63,148 bases of DNA, filler included, from Octopus bimaculoides (GCF_001194135.2; 6 parts of 6 records of this genome joined end to end with filler, not necessarily neighbours in it), one strand, 5' to 3'; counted from the first letter of the whole stretch, positions 26,061-38,240 are shown. Notes: generated from the sequence alone by a model not told the origin. A program made the numbers and translations.

Positions 26061-26994
26061 GTAATAAAGTCCATCTGTCTAAAACTTGAAAACACAGAAA
26101 TTAATAACTGTGAGTTAGAAGAACTCTATGATTTGGTGTAGAGAATGATGTCGTGGACTGTCTCGTTCGGTGAAAGCAGTTCACTCATTAACTACTAATA
26201 ACAGCCAGGGTTAGCCAGAAAAGTGTTAAGCTCTATTGTTTTACAATAATCTGGGACAGTTGTAACTGCATATCTTAAAAAAAAATTGTCTCAAAACTTC
26301 TGGAATGTCCTCGTATGTAAGAGTGTGCGCATACTTCTGAACTACTCATGCCAACGAATCCTTTTAAATTAATTCTGAGAAGAACTAAATAGATGACAGA
26401 ATTTGTTAATGTAGGAAGTATACAGGCAAGAATAGGGGAGAGGATTAAAGCCAGTGGTTGTTTCTTCGAGCATTATAGAGATCTTTTAAAGGAAACCCTT
26501 TTTTCCTAATTTTAAAATATGCACAATCACAAGTGAACAGTCAGTTTGATCATATCACTAGAATATCACGCAGACACAATGTCTTTGATGAGTTGCCCCT
26601 AGCTGCAGAGTTCATTCGAATTGTTCTGTTTAGCCTTGATGGCTGTATCTACTACACGATGTTCTGTTTACAGAGCATATTCATTAATATGAAACTCCAT
26701 CATTCTTATTTTGAAAATGTGAGACATCTACTGCTAAATTTCTAGCATCCAGTTTCGTATACAAGCAGGAGAGTTTCGAGTAGTGGATGCGTCGAGACCA
26801 TTGTCGTCCAGGAATCCTTTTGAACTTATATTCTCAGTTATGTCTATGAGGAAATCTTTTAAATTCGTCAACAGAATGCCTTTTTAGTTCTTTCCGTCTG
26901 GTGAGCATGAGTTGCAGTACGTCTGGACTGCAGACTGGACGAAAATGTCATTCAGCGTAGTAAAAGCATCATTGTAAATGACGCATTAAAATAT

Positions 26995-27181
26995 ATTTTC
27001 AAAATCTTCTGAAGGAACGGAATTTCGTTGCAATCCCAGATAAAAGATCCTCGTTTTTCTGCGTGTAAGTTTTTGCAGCGTAAAAACAAACGCCAAGCCA
27101 ATGCTCAAATATGAAAATGCCCCAAAACCTGTCGGTATACAAAAGGGTGATTGACCATAAGCCACTGAATGCTCGATACAC
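26995..27181 (-). pseudogene. Coding remnant, paralog 2, possibly NACHT winged-helix region
   Basis: TDRFWGIFIFEHWLGVCFYAAKTYTQKNEDLLSGIATKFRSFRRF resembles FxH..xxAAxY; semi-open frame continues to ~26450. Confidence 0.5.
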
Positions 27182-28346
27182 CTCTCCCTCACATCTATTG
27201 CTACTACCACAGAATTATAAGTCTATAGAAACATTCATATATAATTGGGAACATAAATAACTCATTATGAGGCAAAAATCAAAACGTGACTTGTAAAATC
27301 GACAAACAAGATGAATTTCTTAGGTTTCTGATGTATTGTTTAACCAATTTGTTTTGCAAGAAGACTTTATTTTTGATGTAATTTGCATTACAATATACGC
27401 TTAGAGAAGTTTCATTATAATTTATTAACCTTACGTGATATATGTAAGGTAAGTCATCATGGTCAGGCTTTCCATTATTTCTGCGAAAACGTTTTTTTCA
27501 AGAAAAAACGGAAATGCGTGAATAATTTGACAATTTACCAATGATCACTTTTGAGTCTAATGTATTTTATAATAAATAGATGAGTAGAATCCGTGAAGAA
27601 TTTATCAAAATATATCTAAGGATATATGTAGTTCTGTTATTGAATTATACTTACTTGAAACTTCTGCATACTTTACATGATCAAACCTACACTTGCAACA
27701 TGAAAACTCCTTAGGAAGCCATACATTTTACAGCCTCCATTTTAATCTGAAATTAACAAACTTGATAACCCGTTGGTGTATATGTTTGTTCAGAGAGTTT
27801 GCAACGGCTCTCAATTAATTGTAATAATGTATTGGAAATGTAAATGCTTATTAATTTTCTTTAAAGCATAAATTATATACAATGCTGCCGGCAGATTGAC
27901 AGGTTGAGCAAAATGTATAATTTTATCACCTGCACAAAGCTCTTCATTAACCTTTACTCTTTTCCTTACTGGAACGTCGTTTTGTTTTGTTATTTATCCC
28001 GGTTCAGTATTGTAAATAGAAATATGGTCGTAAATACTTCCGTAATCATTTACTCCATACATTTAGGAAAGGTTATATTGTCTATTTTGCTTTTTGTTTA
28101 AGAATGTATGGTGAGTAAATTGTTGGGATTCCAAAAGCTTCATAAAATTGAATCTATTTCACATACGGAATTGTTTCAAGTATCTCATACTACAAATGTG
28201 TTTTTTTTTTATTACTGAAGACATAAATTGTTTTGTTAATATTTACAATCTTTCATTATGTCAAATTTAGGAAATAGTTGTTGAAATACTTGACGCATTT
28301 TGTATTTGTAACTACATAAATGTATAGTAAGGAAGTAGAAATGAAT

Positions 28347-28410
<64 letters not shown>

Positions 28411-31400
28411 GTGGGGGAGAGCGATTTAGTGGAAGATAATAAGGGACAGGTGGAGAATCAGTGTCAAGGATTATCAACAAGGGAAAACAATAAAACGTTA
28501 GAAATTGTAAATTGAAACCTCTGCAGCACGTTGGGTAAAAGGAAGCATGACAGAGGCGGGGGTGATAATAATGATTAATCAAATTGGCAGATACAGAAGT
28601 AGAGTCAACAAGAAAGTCTATGTTGTGAGAGGAAAAAGACACATGTGTAGAAAGGATGAAGTACGTAATGAAATTGAAAAACACAGACAGGGCGAGATAA
28701 GAAAAAAAGGTAGATGATATATATACATACATACAAACAGAGAGACAAAGAAATAAAGAGAGAGAGGAGTGGGGAAAAGTAGAGCTATGAGAAAGATAGT
28801 GCGAGAGGTTATTTCAGAAAGTAGAATTATTTGCGAAATAATGGAATATCATAACCGGAATTATAAAAACGCACAGAGAAGATTGGGAAGATTGAGAAGA
28901 AATAAATCTGGTGGATGAGAATATGAGTATAAAATAGACTTCAACAACAGTGAAAAATGCGTTGAATTAAAATTATGTGGGGTAGTAAAAGAATGAACAA
29001 AATAGACGAAATAAGGAGAGATTAAGAGATAAAAGTAAAGAAAAAGTGTGAGCACAAAGGAAAATAAATTCGTGACTAAGCAGCTATCAACAATTTTGAG
29101 TTGCTACTAAATTGAAAATATGCTTGTTATACAAAAATTGACTGCAGAATATATTGACAAAGAACGTACTAAATAAGAAAGTGAACCCTAAAAACAAAGA
29201 AAATTTCACACAGAAATCATCGAAATAATTTATTCCCCAATTATAAAAAAGACAAAATATAATAAACGTTTCAATAAGTCCAATAACTCAATTGGAGTGA
29301 ATTTAAACGGAAAAAATTCACATGTTACATACACAGATATCGTAGTGGATACTTATACGAACTCATCTGTTGTTAAAACATTGTTAATAAATAAAGGTAT
29401 CTTAAATAAAAGAAGTAACTACATCGTAAGAAATGTACCGGCAATAGTATAAACAACAACAATTTTTTTTTATTAACGACGAAACGGCATCCCCCCAACG
29501 TAATCACATCCTCAAATAAATTGCTTCGATGAAGAAAAAATCTGTAAAATTTGCATCTGTTGTTTATCATCTCAAGATTCCCTTTCCTTATATATGTGAA
29601 CAAATTAAAGAATCAGAAATCATAGATATTGCCTGCGTGAGGAGGTTGGAGACAAATAAAAAGGCGTCATACGAATAGATGAAGAGACAGAGAGAGTATG
29701 TCTACAATACAGTGTGTAGATAGATACAAAGATAGAGGGATAGACTGATAAATAAATATATGGATGGATAGAGTAGGTGAAAGTAATGAAGAATGAAAGG
29801 CAAAATATACGTAATAGACAATTATAGAAACCTGATGTCTCTTTCACAAGATTAAATATACGTCAGAAGAAAGTCAAATATCGAATTAAGCATTTTCAAA
29901 CTTAGCAGAACTTCTAACGGGAATTAACATTCAGATTCCGTTCTCAAACTACTTGATGATCGCTTCTGTTAATCTCAGCGTATTCGTGTCTTTGTGACGT
30001 ATTTCTTATAGCAGCAAGTTATTTGATAATAAACTCACATAGATATCATTGCTATTTGCTAGGGACAGAGTATAATGAAGAAAATTGACGTACATAGAAA
30101 GTCGCTGAATGATATGATTTGATAACATCTTTTGTCGATTTTGTTATAGAGTAAAGAATAATAAAAAAGAAAAAAAATGAAGCTATATTCTGATTTTATA
30201 TTACCCTCTAGCACGTTTGCAATTGATACTTTGGATGGCGAGTACAATGTTATTGAGAGGTAGCGCCTCGTTTTCAACCCTGAGACATTTCTAGTTGATT
30301 ACACCTATAACCAAAAGTATGACGGCCGTGACCTTACTATCCACTTAAGAGTTTGCTTTGTTGCTTAATGTTTCGCCGAACATGATTCGGAAAGTCTTCC
30401 CTTATAAGTATTTCAGCCCTGCCTTCATGTACATATATGAAGGGTAACGTTATCAAGCTTTGCTTTAGTGAAACTGGAACCTTTGCAATTTTTAGCAGGC
30501 AATGCAATCATGTGCCGGGTTCCTCATGTATTGGAAGATAATGTATTTGTTTTTTGTGACTGGTATCATTTAAACTCACGTCATTAATGAGCTCCGAGAA
30601 AGCCATAGTCGACAGAAAACTCACTTAACATCATTTGCACAAACTGTTTAAACGGTTCGTTATACGGTTCTCTATCATCGGTACGAACCTCTGTTGTTTC
30701 CATTACGTTAAGAAATCTAAATAAATTGTCATTCCTTCTTTATGAATCCGAGGAGTAGCTACCATGAAAGCAATATCTATTACGCAATTAAAATTTTTGT
30801 ATTATTTATAATTAATAATTTAAGTTTGTCTCATTGTCAGCATTCATACAAAAATAAATTTATATACCCCCCGGCAGAAATATTTTTGCCTGCAGAGGAA
30901 CGGCACTGTATACAATATTGCTTTTGAAATGAAATTGAAAAATTACTAAAATAAAGTAATTGTTATTTTTATTAACGGAAGTAGGAAACAGTTGTTGGCA
31001 AACTCTCAGTCGGTAGGAAAATGTGATCCATTTCTCGACATGAACAATTTGTTTGGACAGAATTCTATTAATGTCTAATGAGGAACTAGAATTGTAGAAA
31101 TTCGGTTGACAATGAATGAAAAATTAATTAATATTTAGAAATTGAATTCGGTATAAAGTTATTTATAACATGAAATATTATAAAATGATTTTTAGGGTGC
31201 AAAATACAAAATTTCCAAAAGAAAATTGTATTTTCGAATGTGAGCAAAATTCCAAAGCAATTGCATGCTTGTACGATCTGTTTAACTATTTAAAAAATCA
31301 GTTGTCTACTTTCTGAGACGATTGATGATCGTATTGTTATTGCTGCCATGTTGAAATATATAGTAGTTTACATTTGGGAAGAACTTTAATGATACATTAG

Positions 31401-31449
31401 CTGCTGCCACTTAGAGCAAGATAAACAATACGTGCCATAAGATATAGGC

Positions 31450-31716
31450 CAGTGTTTCTCAAATATATATATATATTTTTTTGCCTATGAATCCCTTTGA
31501 TTCCTATTTTACTTGGATGGACCCTCAAAGCCATTAGATCCTTACAAATCATATTATATTTTCATAATATATTTATAATATTAGAAATTGCATAACAAAA
31601 TTATTGAAATATTTTATATGTTGTAGAAGAAAAAGCAATTTATTGCGAATAAATTTTAAGAACAAAATCTTATAAAGACCTCCCCTAGCCATATGGACCC
31701 AAATTGAGAAACACTG
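31450..31716. mobile_element. hAT/Charlie-type MITE
   Basis: 13-bp TIRs CAGTGTTTCTCAA / TTGAGAAACACTG; TSD not preserved. Confidence 0.8.
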
Positions 31717-32232
31717 ACACACACACATATGTGTATGTGTGTACATAAGATGGTTCCCATATATTTCCCTGAGGAGATGTTTACATTTTTAACATCGATG
31801 ATTCCTATGGATCGCATAATTTGTAATTCTTCGAAACATATGTCGGAATAAAGTATGCAGTTATAACATGCATTCACTCCATTCCTTAAATTTATATATA
31901 TATATATATATATAGGTAAATGATAGGCTTGCCTCAATCCTTCAGGGGTAGTCTGAAGCATCCAAGCAACCAGGGGATGTTTAAATCCGGGGCCACTCCT
32001 GGGGATCTCCTGTACGGTTACCGTCTTGGTTAGAGGGCATCCAGAGGCAGGTAATTTATTGTTTAAACCGTAGTTTATAATTATATTTATGTGGAGAATG
32101 GAGCAACAAATACAAGAAAAAGCAATATCTCATGGGCTAGTTAGCCATTATTTTATTATGTGGAGGTTAAGTAATGAGTCATTGTGGAGGTTGAGTTTAT
32201 GTAGTGAGTCATTGTGGATGTTATGTAATAGT

Positions 32233-32284
32233 CATTTATGTACGTTTCAATCTAGCCAATGGTTTGGCAGATCTCTTCAGAATG
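32233..32284 (-). ncRNA. Type I minimal hammerhead ribozyme in the PLE 3' region
   Basis: Minus strand CATT-CTGAAGA-GATCTGCCA-AACCAT-TGGC(T)AGATT-GAAA-CGTAC-ATA|AATG; stem III near-palindrome ACGTACAT with one mismatch. Confidence 0.7.
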
Positions 32285-32683
32285 TTGAGGAGTATGTTAA
32301 GAGTTCGTGGTGTGAGAGATGTAGGGGAAGTGATTAGTGGGTATATTAATGTATATGGTGGTATAATAATAGCGATAGGTAAAGAAAGCCTTACGTTTTA
32401 GTTGAAGTTGTGTTGGTCGTCCTGTAAGGGGATGTAGGATGGGTGCTATTTAAGCTCATTTTTCCGGTTTTAATCAAAAGCATCTCCACGTGATTTTATG
32501 ATTGAAGGATGCGTCGTATATTTATAGCACCGGCGGTGTTAGTACAGGGAAGCAACCCTAAATTTAGGTGAGAAGGGGGCTAACTCTGGTCTTATTCGTA
32601 TCTACTTTTAATTAATAATACTTAGAAGGAACATTCTTTTATGCATATTTAGTTTTACTTAGGAGGTGTAATGTATTATATAT

Positions 32684-33210
32684 TTAATTATACTTAGAGA
32701 ATGAGTATTTAGTAGCGTGAAGACAGATTAGGCTAGATTCATATCTCCTGTTTAATAGGTCGTTCTTAGCCGTTAGGATCTCGAAGCGCTCAGTTAAACA
32801 GAGGTAACCGCGTCTGTTAGTTGGGTTATAGGAATTAGCTACTTTTAGTATGTGCCACTTTAGTTTATGTTCTATCTTATTGTCGTTTCGTTCCCAAATA
32901 TACCTACTAAGCCCTGTAGAATTTGCCTTATTTCTGTTTTTAAAACTGGATATGTGCTCATTATATCTAAAGCGTACTTGGTTTTTCGTCGCACCTATGT
33001 AAGATCTAGTGTGGCTGTTTGTTTGTACGTCACATTGGTAAACTATATTATCTGTCTTGCATCTATTGGAGAAATTACATTTATTCTTATCTCTACAGCC
33101 ACATAGGTTGTAAGGGGTGTCTACGTCTGTGTGTTGTTGTGTGGCCCTATTGTTTTTTTGGTGTGCGTCCCTCCTAGTAAGGGGTGTTGGATTAGGGCTG
33201 GAGTTAGTTC
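32684..33210 (-). pseudogene. GIY-YIG endonuclease domain of Naiad-type PLE (open frame not in supplied ORF track)
   Basis: CGCRDKNKCNFSNRCKTDNIVYQCDV..SYIGATKNQVRFRYNEH..GLSRYIWE..LCLTERFEI..LLNRRYESSLICLHATKY*. Confidence 0.9.
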
Positions 33211-33967
33211 AATTATTTGGGGGGGTTGTTGATTTGGTTGTTCGTGGTGTTTCTAGCTGTATAGAATGCGTCTAATTTCTTATTATTAATAGATGCTATT
33301 ATGGTAGCTAAGTTACATGTCAGGCTGTGGCCTATTCTTATTTTGTTCTTAAATATTTCTGCGTATTTTTCGTTCACATTGAGGTGTTTATCTATTATGT
33401 TCATTAGTGAGCGGACTATGTTAGATTTGAGGTTCATGTTATAGGGAATGATTAGCCAGGTCGTATCCTTATTGTTCTTGCTGCTAATTTATTTCTATAG
33501 TTGGGTTTATTTTTGATATGCGTCTTTTCATTTTTTTCCTTGTTAGTATTGTTAGGTATTTGTGGGCCCGATATATGGTTTCTTTTAGTCTCCTGGGTCT
33601 CCCTGTAATTTATACTAAACTTATCGTTGTATTGCTTAATATTGGTTTTGTTCAGGTGGCTATTGCATTTCTGCTTCTAACTTTAGTGTATGTAAGGAAG
33701 TTGGGTTTATGGTCTTTNNNNNNNNNNCATTTCTGCTTCTAACTTTAGTGTATGTAAGGAAGTTGGGTTTATGGTCTTTTAAAGTGATTCTAGGTCTAAG
33801 TGGTATAAATGGTTCAGTTTTTTCGGCTAAGTTATATTCTAACATGTTGTCCTTGGCTGCTACGTTCATGGACCGTAAGGTGCTATCTGGTGTTACTTTA
33901 TATTTTTTTGTTATTTCTTTGTGTAGGAGTTGGTGGTATAATTGGTGGTATAATAGGCCATAATAGG

Positions 33968-35414
33968 AGCAAGAACAATAAGGATACGATCTGGCTGATC
34001 ATTCCCTATAACATAGATTAATATGCCCTAATAGATCAGACCTATGCAAATTAAGTAAACTAATACTTGATAAGTACATCCCTACGCCAAAAAGTAGATT
34101 CTCCCTCGAATTATGATCTAACACATACGAAGCCCTTAACTGGTTCTCCAAAATACAAAATACTAGTAACTACAAATTCATACAGATAGACATAGTAGAC
34201 TACTACTCCTCAATTAACCCCACGATATTAAATAGTGCCCTAATATATGCCAAAAATAACTCACAACTAACTAGGAAAGAAATTAATGTAATAGTTGAAG
34301 TTAGAGAATCTATTATAAGTTTTGATAATAAGCTCTGGGTCCGTAAAGACTCCCCAAACTCCTTCGATATCACCATGGGAGCCCCGGATTCAGCTCAGAT
34401 AAGTGACTTAGTGGGAATTTATCTGCTCTCCTACATACAGGAGGAATTCCCAGTCCTGGAAGGTGGATTATACAAGGACGACGCACTATTTGTAATTAAA
34501 AATCCCTCGAATAGGAAACTAGAGCTCATTAAGAAAAACTTGCATAAATTCTTCAAAAGATTTGGACTAGCCATTTCTATAGAAAACGAGCACACATCCA
34601 TAAACTATTTAGACGCCAATTGCAACCTAGCCACAGGACTACATGGACCATACATAAAGCCCAATACTAACCTAAAATACATAAACGCATCCAGCAACCA
34701 CCCACCCACTATTCCTCAAGAGAGCATAAGGAAACCTACAACCTCGCACTACATAGGGCAGGATTTAACCATAAAATTAAATTCATGGAATCCAATAACC
34801 ATAAAAAAGACCCAACTATAAGGAATCCAAACGCTAGAAACACACACACTACTAACACACCAAACACCGCTGGAAACCACACTAACGATATGAATGACAA
34901 AGATAAACATAACACATGTAATAGAAATACAACACGTCCCAAAGCCAAACCACATAACACCAAAAATACCAACAACAACGTAAACACCAATACCAATAAT
35001 ATTAATAGGACGATTAAGGCTAACGAGACGAAGCAGAAATGCAATAGCCACCTGAACAAAACCAATATTAAACAATACAACGATAAGTTTAGCATAAATT
35101 ACAGGGAGACCCAGCAGACTAAAAGAAACCATATATCGGGCCCACAAATACCTAACAATACTAACAAGGAAAAAAATGAAAAGATGCATATCAAAAATAA
35201 ACCCAACTATAGAAATAAATTAGCAGCAAGAACAATAAGGATACGACCTGGCTAATCATTCCCTATAACATGAACCTCAAATCTAACATAGTCCGCTCAC
35301 TAATGAACATAATAGATAAACACCTCAATGTGAACGAAAAATACGCAGAAATATTTAAGAACAAAATAAGAATAGGCCACAGCCTGACATGTAACTTAGC
35401 TACCATAATAGCAT
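33968..35414 (+). mobile_element. Naiad-type PLE reverse transcriptase and thumb segment, inverted relative to 31916-33960, truncated by gap
   Basis: RLICPNRS..FIQIDIVDYYSSI..MGAPDSAQISDLVGIYLL..GLYKDD..YLD..SNHPPTI; TGA at 34114 replaces an expected Trp; deletion/frameshift near 34715. Confidence 0.92.
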
Positions 35415-35514
35415 NNNNNNNNNNNNNNNNNNNNNNNNNNNNNNNNNNNNNNNNNNNNTTAATTAATTAANNNNNNNNNNNNNNNNNNNNNNNNNNNNNN
35501 NNNNNNNNNNNNNN

Positions 35515-36060
35515 AGTCCTTGCTTCCACACCTGAAACTTCTCTAGTTCTGATAGTGACTCCGCAATTAGTACAAGGTCATCAGCATAGAGGAACTCCCA
35601 GGGGCAACCTGTCTTGAATCCCTCTGTGATTGCCTGGAGGACTATGATAAATAAGAGGGGGCTGAGGATGGAACCTTGGTGGACCCCTACCTCTACCCGA
35701 AATTCATTACTGTACTCATTTCCAACCCTCACCTTACTGGCAGCATCTCTGTACATGGCTCGCACAGCTCTCACTAACCATTCTTCTATCCCAAGTTTCG
35801 TCATTGACCACCAGATAAGGGATCGGGGGGACCATGTCAAAGGCTTTCTCCATGTCAACGAAGGCCAGGTACAGAGGTTTATCCTTGACTAGGTGTTTCT
35901 CCTGCAGCTGTCTTACTAGAAATATGGCATCAGTAGTGCTTTTACCTGGTACGAACCCAAACTGCATCTCATCTAAATTGATTCGCTCCCTAATTAGTTG
36001 GGCTATGACCCTTTCCGTAACTTTCATAACCTGATCTAACAGCTTGATGCCTCTGTAATT
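35515..36060 (-). mobile_element. RTE-clade LINE RT fragment, 5'-truncated
   Basis: NYRGIKLL..MQFGFVPGKSTTDAIF..AFVDMEKAFD..GVHQGSILSPLLF..LYADDLVL. Confidence 0.93.
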
Positions 36061-37290
36061 CACAAAGTAAATTTAGAAGAACTGCAGTTGTTCATTTGTG
36101 AGTAACGGAAGCAATGAGGTGATAGATTTGCCCTTGAACTTTGAACATTGGTGTAAATCCATGTTCAACTATCTCCTTAGATGCACCAAATGATGTCATT
36201 TGAAATGCAGAATTGTATTGTCTGATATTGTTCAGAAAATCCTTTGACTGGATGAAACTGCCTTCCAGAAGATCTATAAGAAGTTGAGGAGGAGCTGGTA
36301 ATTCTGGAAATCTTACCTTATTACCTGAGCAGCACATGTCATTAATATCATTTGGAAATTTTAAAGCTTTGCAGGCATGACAATTTGAGTTTAGCACACC
36401 AATTTGCACAAAATAATCATTTTTATAAGAATGGGATGGATCATATATGAAAGTAGCTCCAAGAGTTGTGAAGAATAAATTTATACATAGTCTGTTACTG
36501 AGAGCTGTTCTATTGGAGCTCTGTCTAATCATTAAAACGTTTTAATGATTCAGCATTAAGTGTTGCAACATACCTTTGTTGATGTTGGAAAAGTCTCATC
36601 TCCCTTCTCTCTTGAGACTCCATCTGATGTGCTGCAGGATGTGTTTGATAATCTTGAGAAAGTTTCATCTCCTGTCTCTCTTGACACTCTATTTGATGTG
36701 CTGCAGCATGCATTTGCTGCTCTTGGGAAAGTCTCATCTGCCTTCTGTATTGAAACTCCATCTGACATGCTGCAGCATGCCTTTGCTTATCGAGAAAAAG
36801 TTTCATCTCCCTTCTCTTTTGAGACTCTATTTGACATGTTGCAGCATGCTTTTGCTGATCTTGGGAAAGTCTCATCTGCCTTCTCTCTTGAGACTCCATC
36901 AGACGTGCTGCAGCATGGCTTTGCTGATCTTGGGAAAATCTCATCTGCCTTCTCTCTTGACACTCCATCTGATGTGCTGCAGCATGTATTTGCTGATCTT
37001 GGGAAAGTCTCATCTCCCTTTTCTCTTGAGTCTCTGTCTGACGTACTGCAGCATGACTTTGCTGATCTTGAGAAAATGTCATCTCCTTTCTCTGTTGAGA
37101 TTTTATTTGACGCACGGCAACATGCATTTCCCGATCTTGGGAAAGTCTCATCACCCTTCTCTCCTCAGACTCCATTTGATGTGCTGTAGGATGCATCGGC
37201 TGATCTTGGGAAAATGTCAAAAATATAACAGAAATAAGATGATCTTAGTGTTATCTTATTACATTAGAATTAAAAGTGAAAGAATAAAAT
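36061..37290 (-). mobile_element. Helitron Rep/helicase N-terminal fragment
   Basis: CHACKALKF..CCSGNKV..PPQLL..FLNNIRQYNSAFQMTSFGA..FKVQGQIYHLI..EQLQFF*IYFV, preceded by 20-aa repeats. Confidence 0.9.
36555..37220 (-). repeat. ~11 copies of a 60-bp tandem unit encoding SQDQQxHAAxxQxESQERRxMRL
   Basis: Periodic TGCTGCAGCATG..GATCTTGGGAAAGTCTCATCT; long ORFs on both strands. Confidence 0.92.
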
Positions 37291-37293
37291 TGA

Positions 37294-37876
37294 AATGTCC
37301 ACTGCTGTTAGCATTCGGTTACCTTCAGAGAGCCTATGAATTCACCGATCCATCTATACTGTTGTTTTTCTTGGAGTGCCCGCTCTTTGCAATCTTTGCA
37401 TTGGCCAGTGGCTTGATAAAGCTTCCAAGCTTGAACATAAGACATTTTTCTGCATCCTAATTGCTTGCTATATTCATGAAAGACACATTTTTCTGATGAG
37501 GTAACATAATCTTTAATCTAGTAACTGGGCTGATACTACGATGCTTTTCCATAGCAAATGAATGTGTAACAATGTTCAATTGTTAAACAAAACAATGCAG
37601 TACAACCAGTCATATGACCACCCGTTTGGTTGATTAATGTACATAATCTTGGTACAGTCTTAAACTTATTTTACCGACAATTTTTAATCATTTGAATTAA
37701 TTGCACATTAAAATTATTTGAATTCTAGAAAGATATAAAACGCCTATATCATTCAAAAGAGAAAAAAATTCTACGTAAACTGTAAAAGGTAAAATAATTT
37801 TATACAGTTTTGTTAAAAATAAATTAATGAAGGAATAGAACTGTCATCATTGGTCTTAAACTTATCTTGGACAGTG
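37294..37876 (-). mobile_element. Tc1-like transposon left end and transposase N-terminus (IR-DR type), truncated
   Basis: TA|CACTGTCCAAGATAAGTTTAAGAC end with inner repeat at ~37657-37680; ATG at 37552; KQLGCRK..WKLYQATG..RAGTPRKTT..DR*IHRLSEGNRMLTAVDI with frameshifts. Confidence 0.8.
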
Positions 37877-37919
37877 TATATATATATAGACATATATATA
37901 TACATACATACATATATAT

Positions 37920-38070
37920 AGTGGTTGGCGTTAGGAAGGGCATCCAGCTGTAGAAACTCTGCCAAACCAGATTGGAGCCTGGTGTTGCCATCCGGTTTCA
38001 CCATTCCTCAGTCAAATCGTCCAACCCATGCTAGGATGGAAAGCGGACGTTAAATGATGATGATGATGAT
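37920..38070 (+). mobile_element. SINE family D 3' half with (GAT)n tail
   Basis: Homologous to 18520-18680. Confidence 0.8.
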
Positions 38071-38096
38071 ATGTATGCATGTATTCTGCATATTCA

Positions 38097-38143
<47 letters not shown>

Positions 38144-38240
38144 TTGTGTGTGTCCTTGTCTGTCCATATTACCTATGTACCTATCTGTCTGTTTATCTAT
38201 TTGTTTACTTACATATCCATTTACATATATATGTATGTAT

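Larger units (their letters stand above)
31916..33960 (-). mobile_element. Penelope-like element, Naiad type: RT N-terminal piece joined by deletion to thumb/linker, GIY-YIG endonuclease and 3' region
   Basis: ITLKDHKPNF motif; WLIIPYNMNLKSNIVRSLMNIIDKH thumb region; endonuclease ORF; 3' end abuts (TA)n at 31915. Confidence 0.88.

Noticed and set aside
27110-27181. TDRFWGI as a GPCR DRY motif
   Set aside because: No flanking transmembrane pattern, and the motif is not kept in the paralog (TNRS*GS)
33667-33778. 51-bp tandem duplication around a 10-N gap (similarly 45932-46135)
   Set aside because: Typical unmerged contig overlap; likely assembly artefact
33205-34116. In-frame TGA codons in the Naiad ORF as possible selenocysteine (some Naiads are reported to encode selenoproteins)
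   Set aside because: TGA at 34114 replaces an expected Trp, the one near 33210 sits beside a frameshift in a low-complexity linker, and I found no SECIS-like AUGA..AA..GA hairpin in the 3' region; ordinary decay is more likely
36555-37220. Regularly spaced repeats as a CRISPR array
   Set aside because: Contiguous degenerate 60-bp coding tandem units without unique spacers, in eukaryotic DNA with no cas genes
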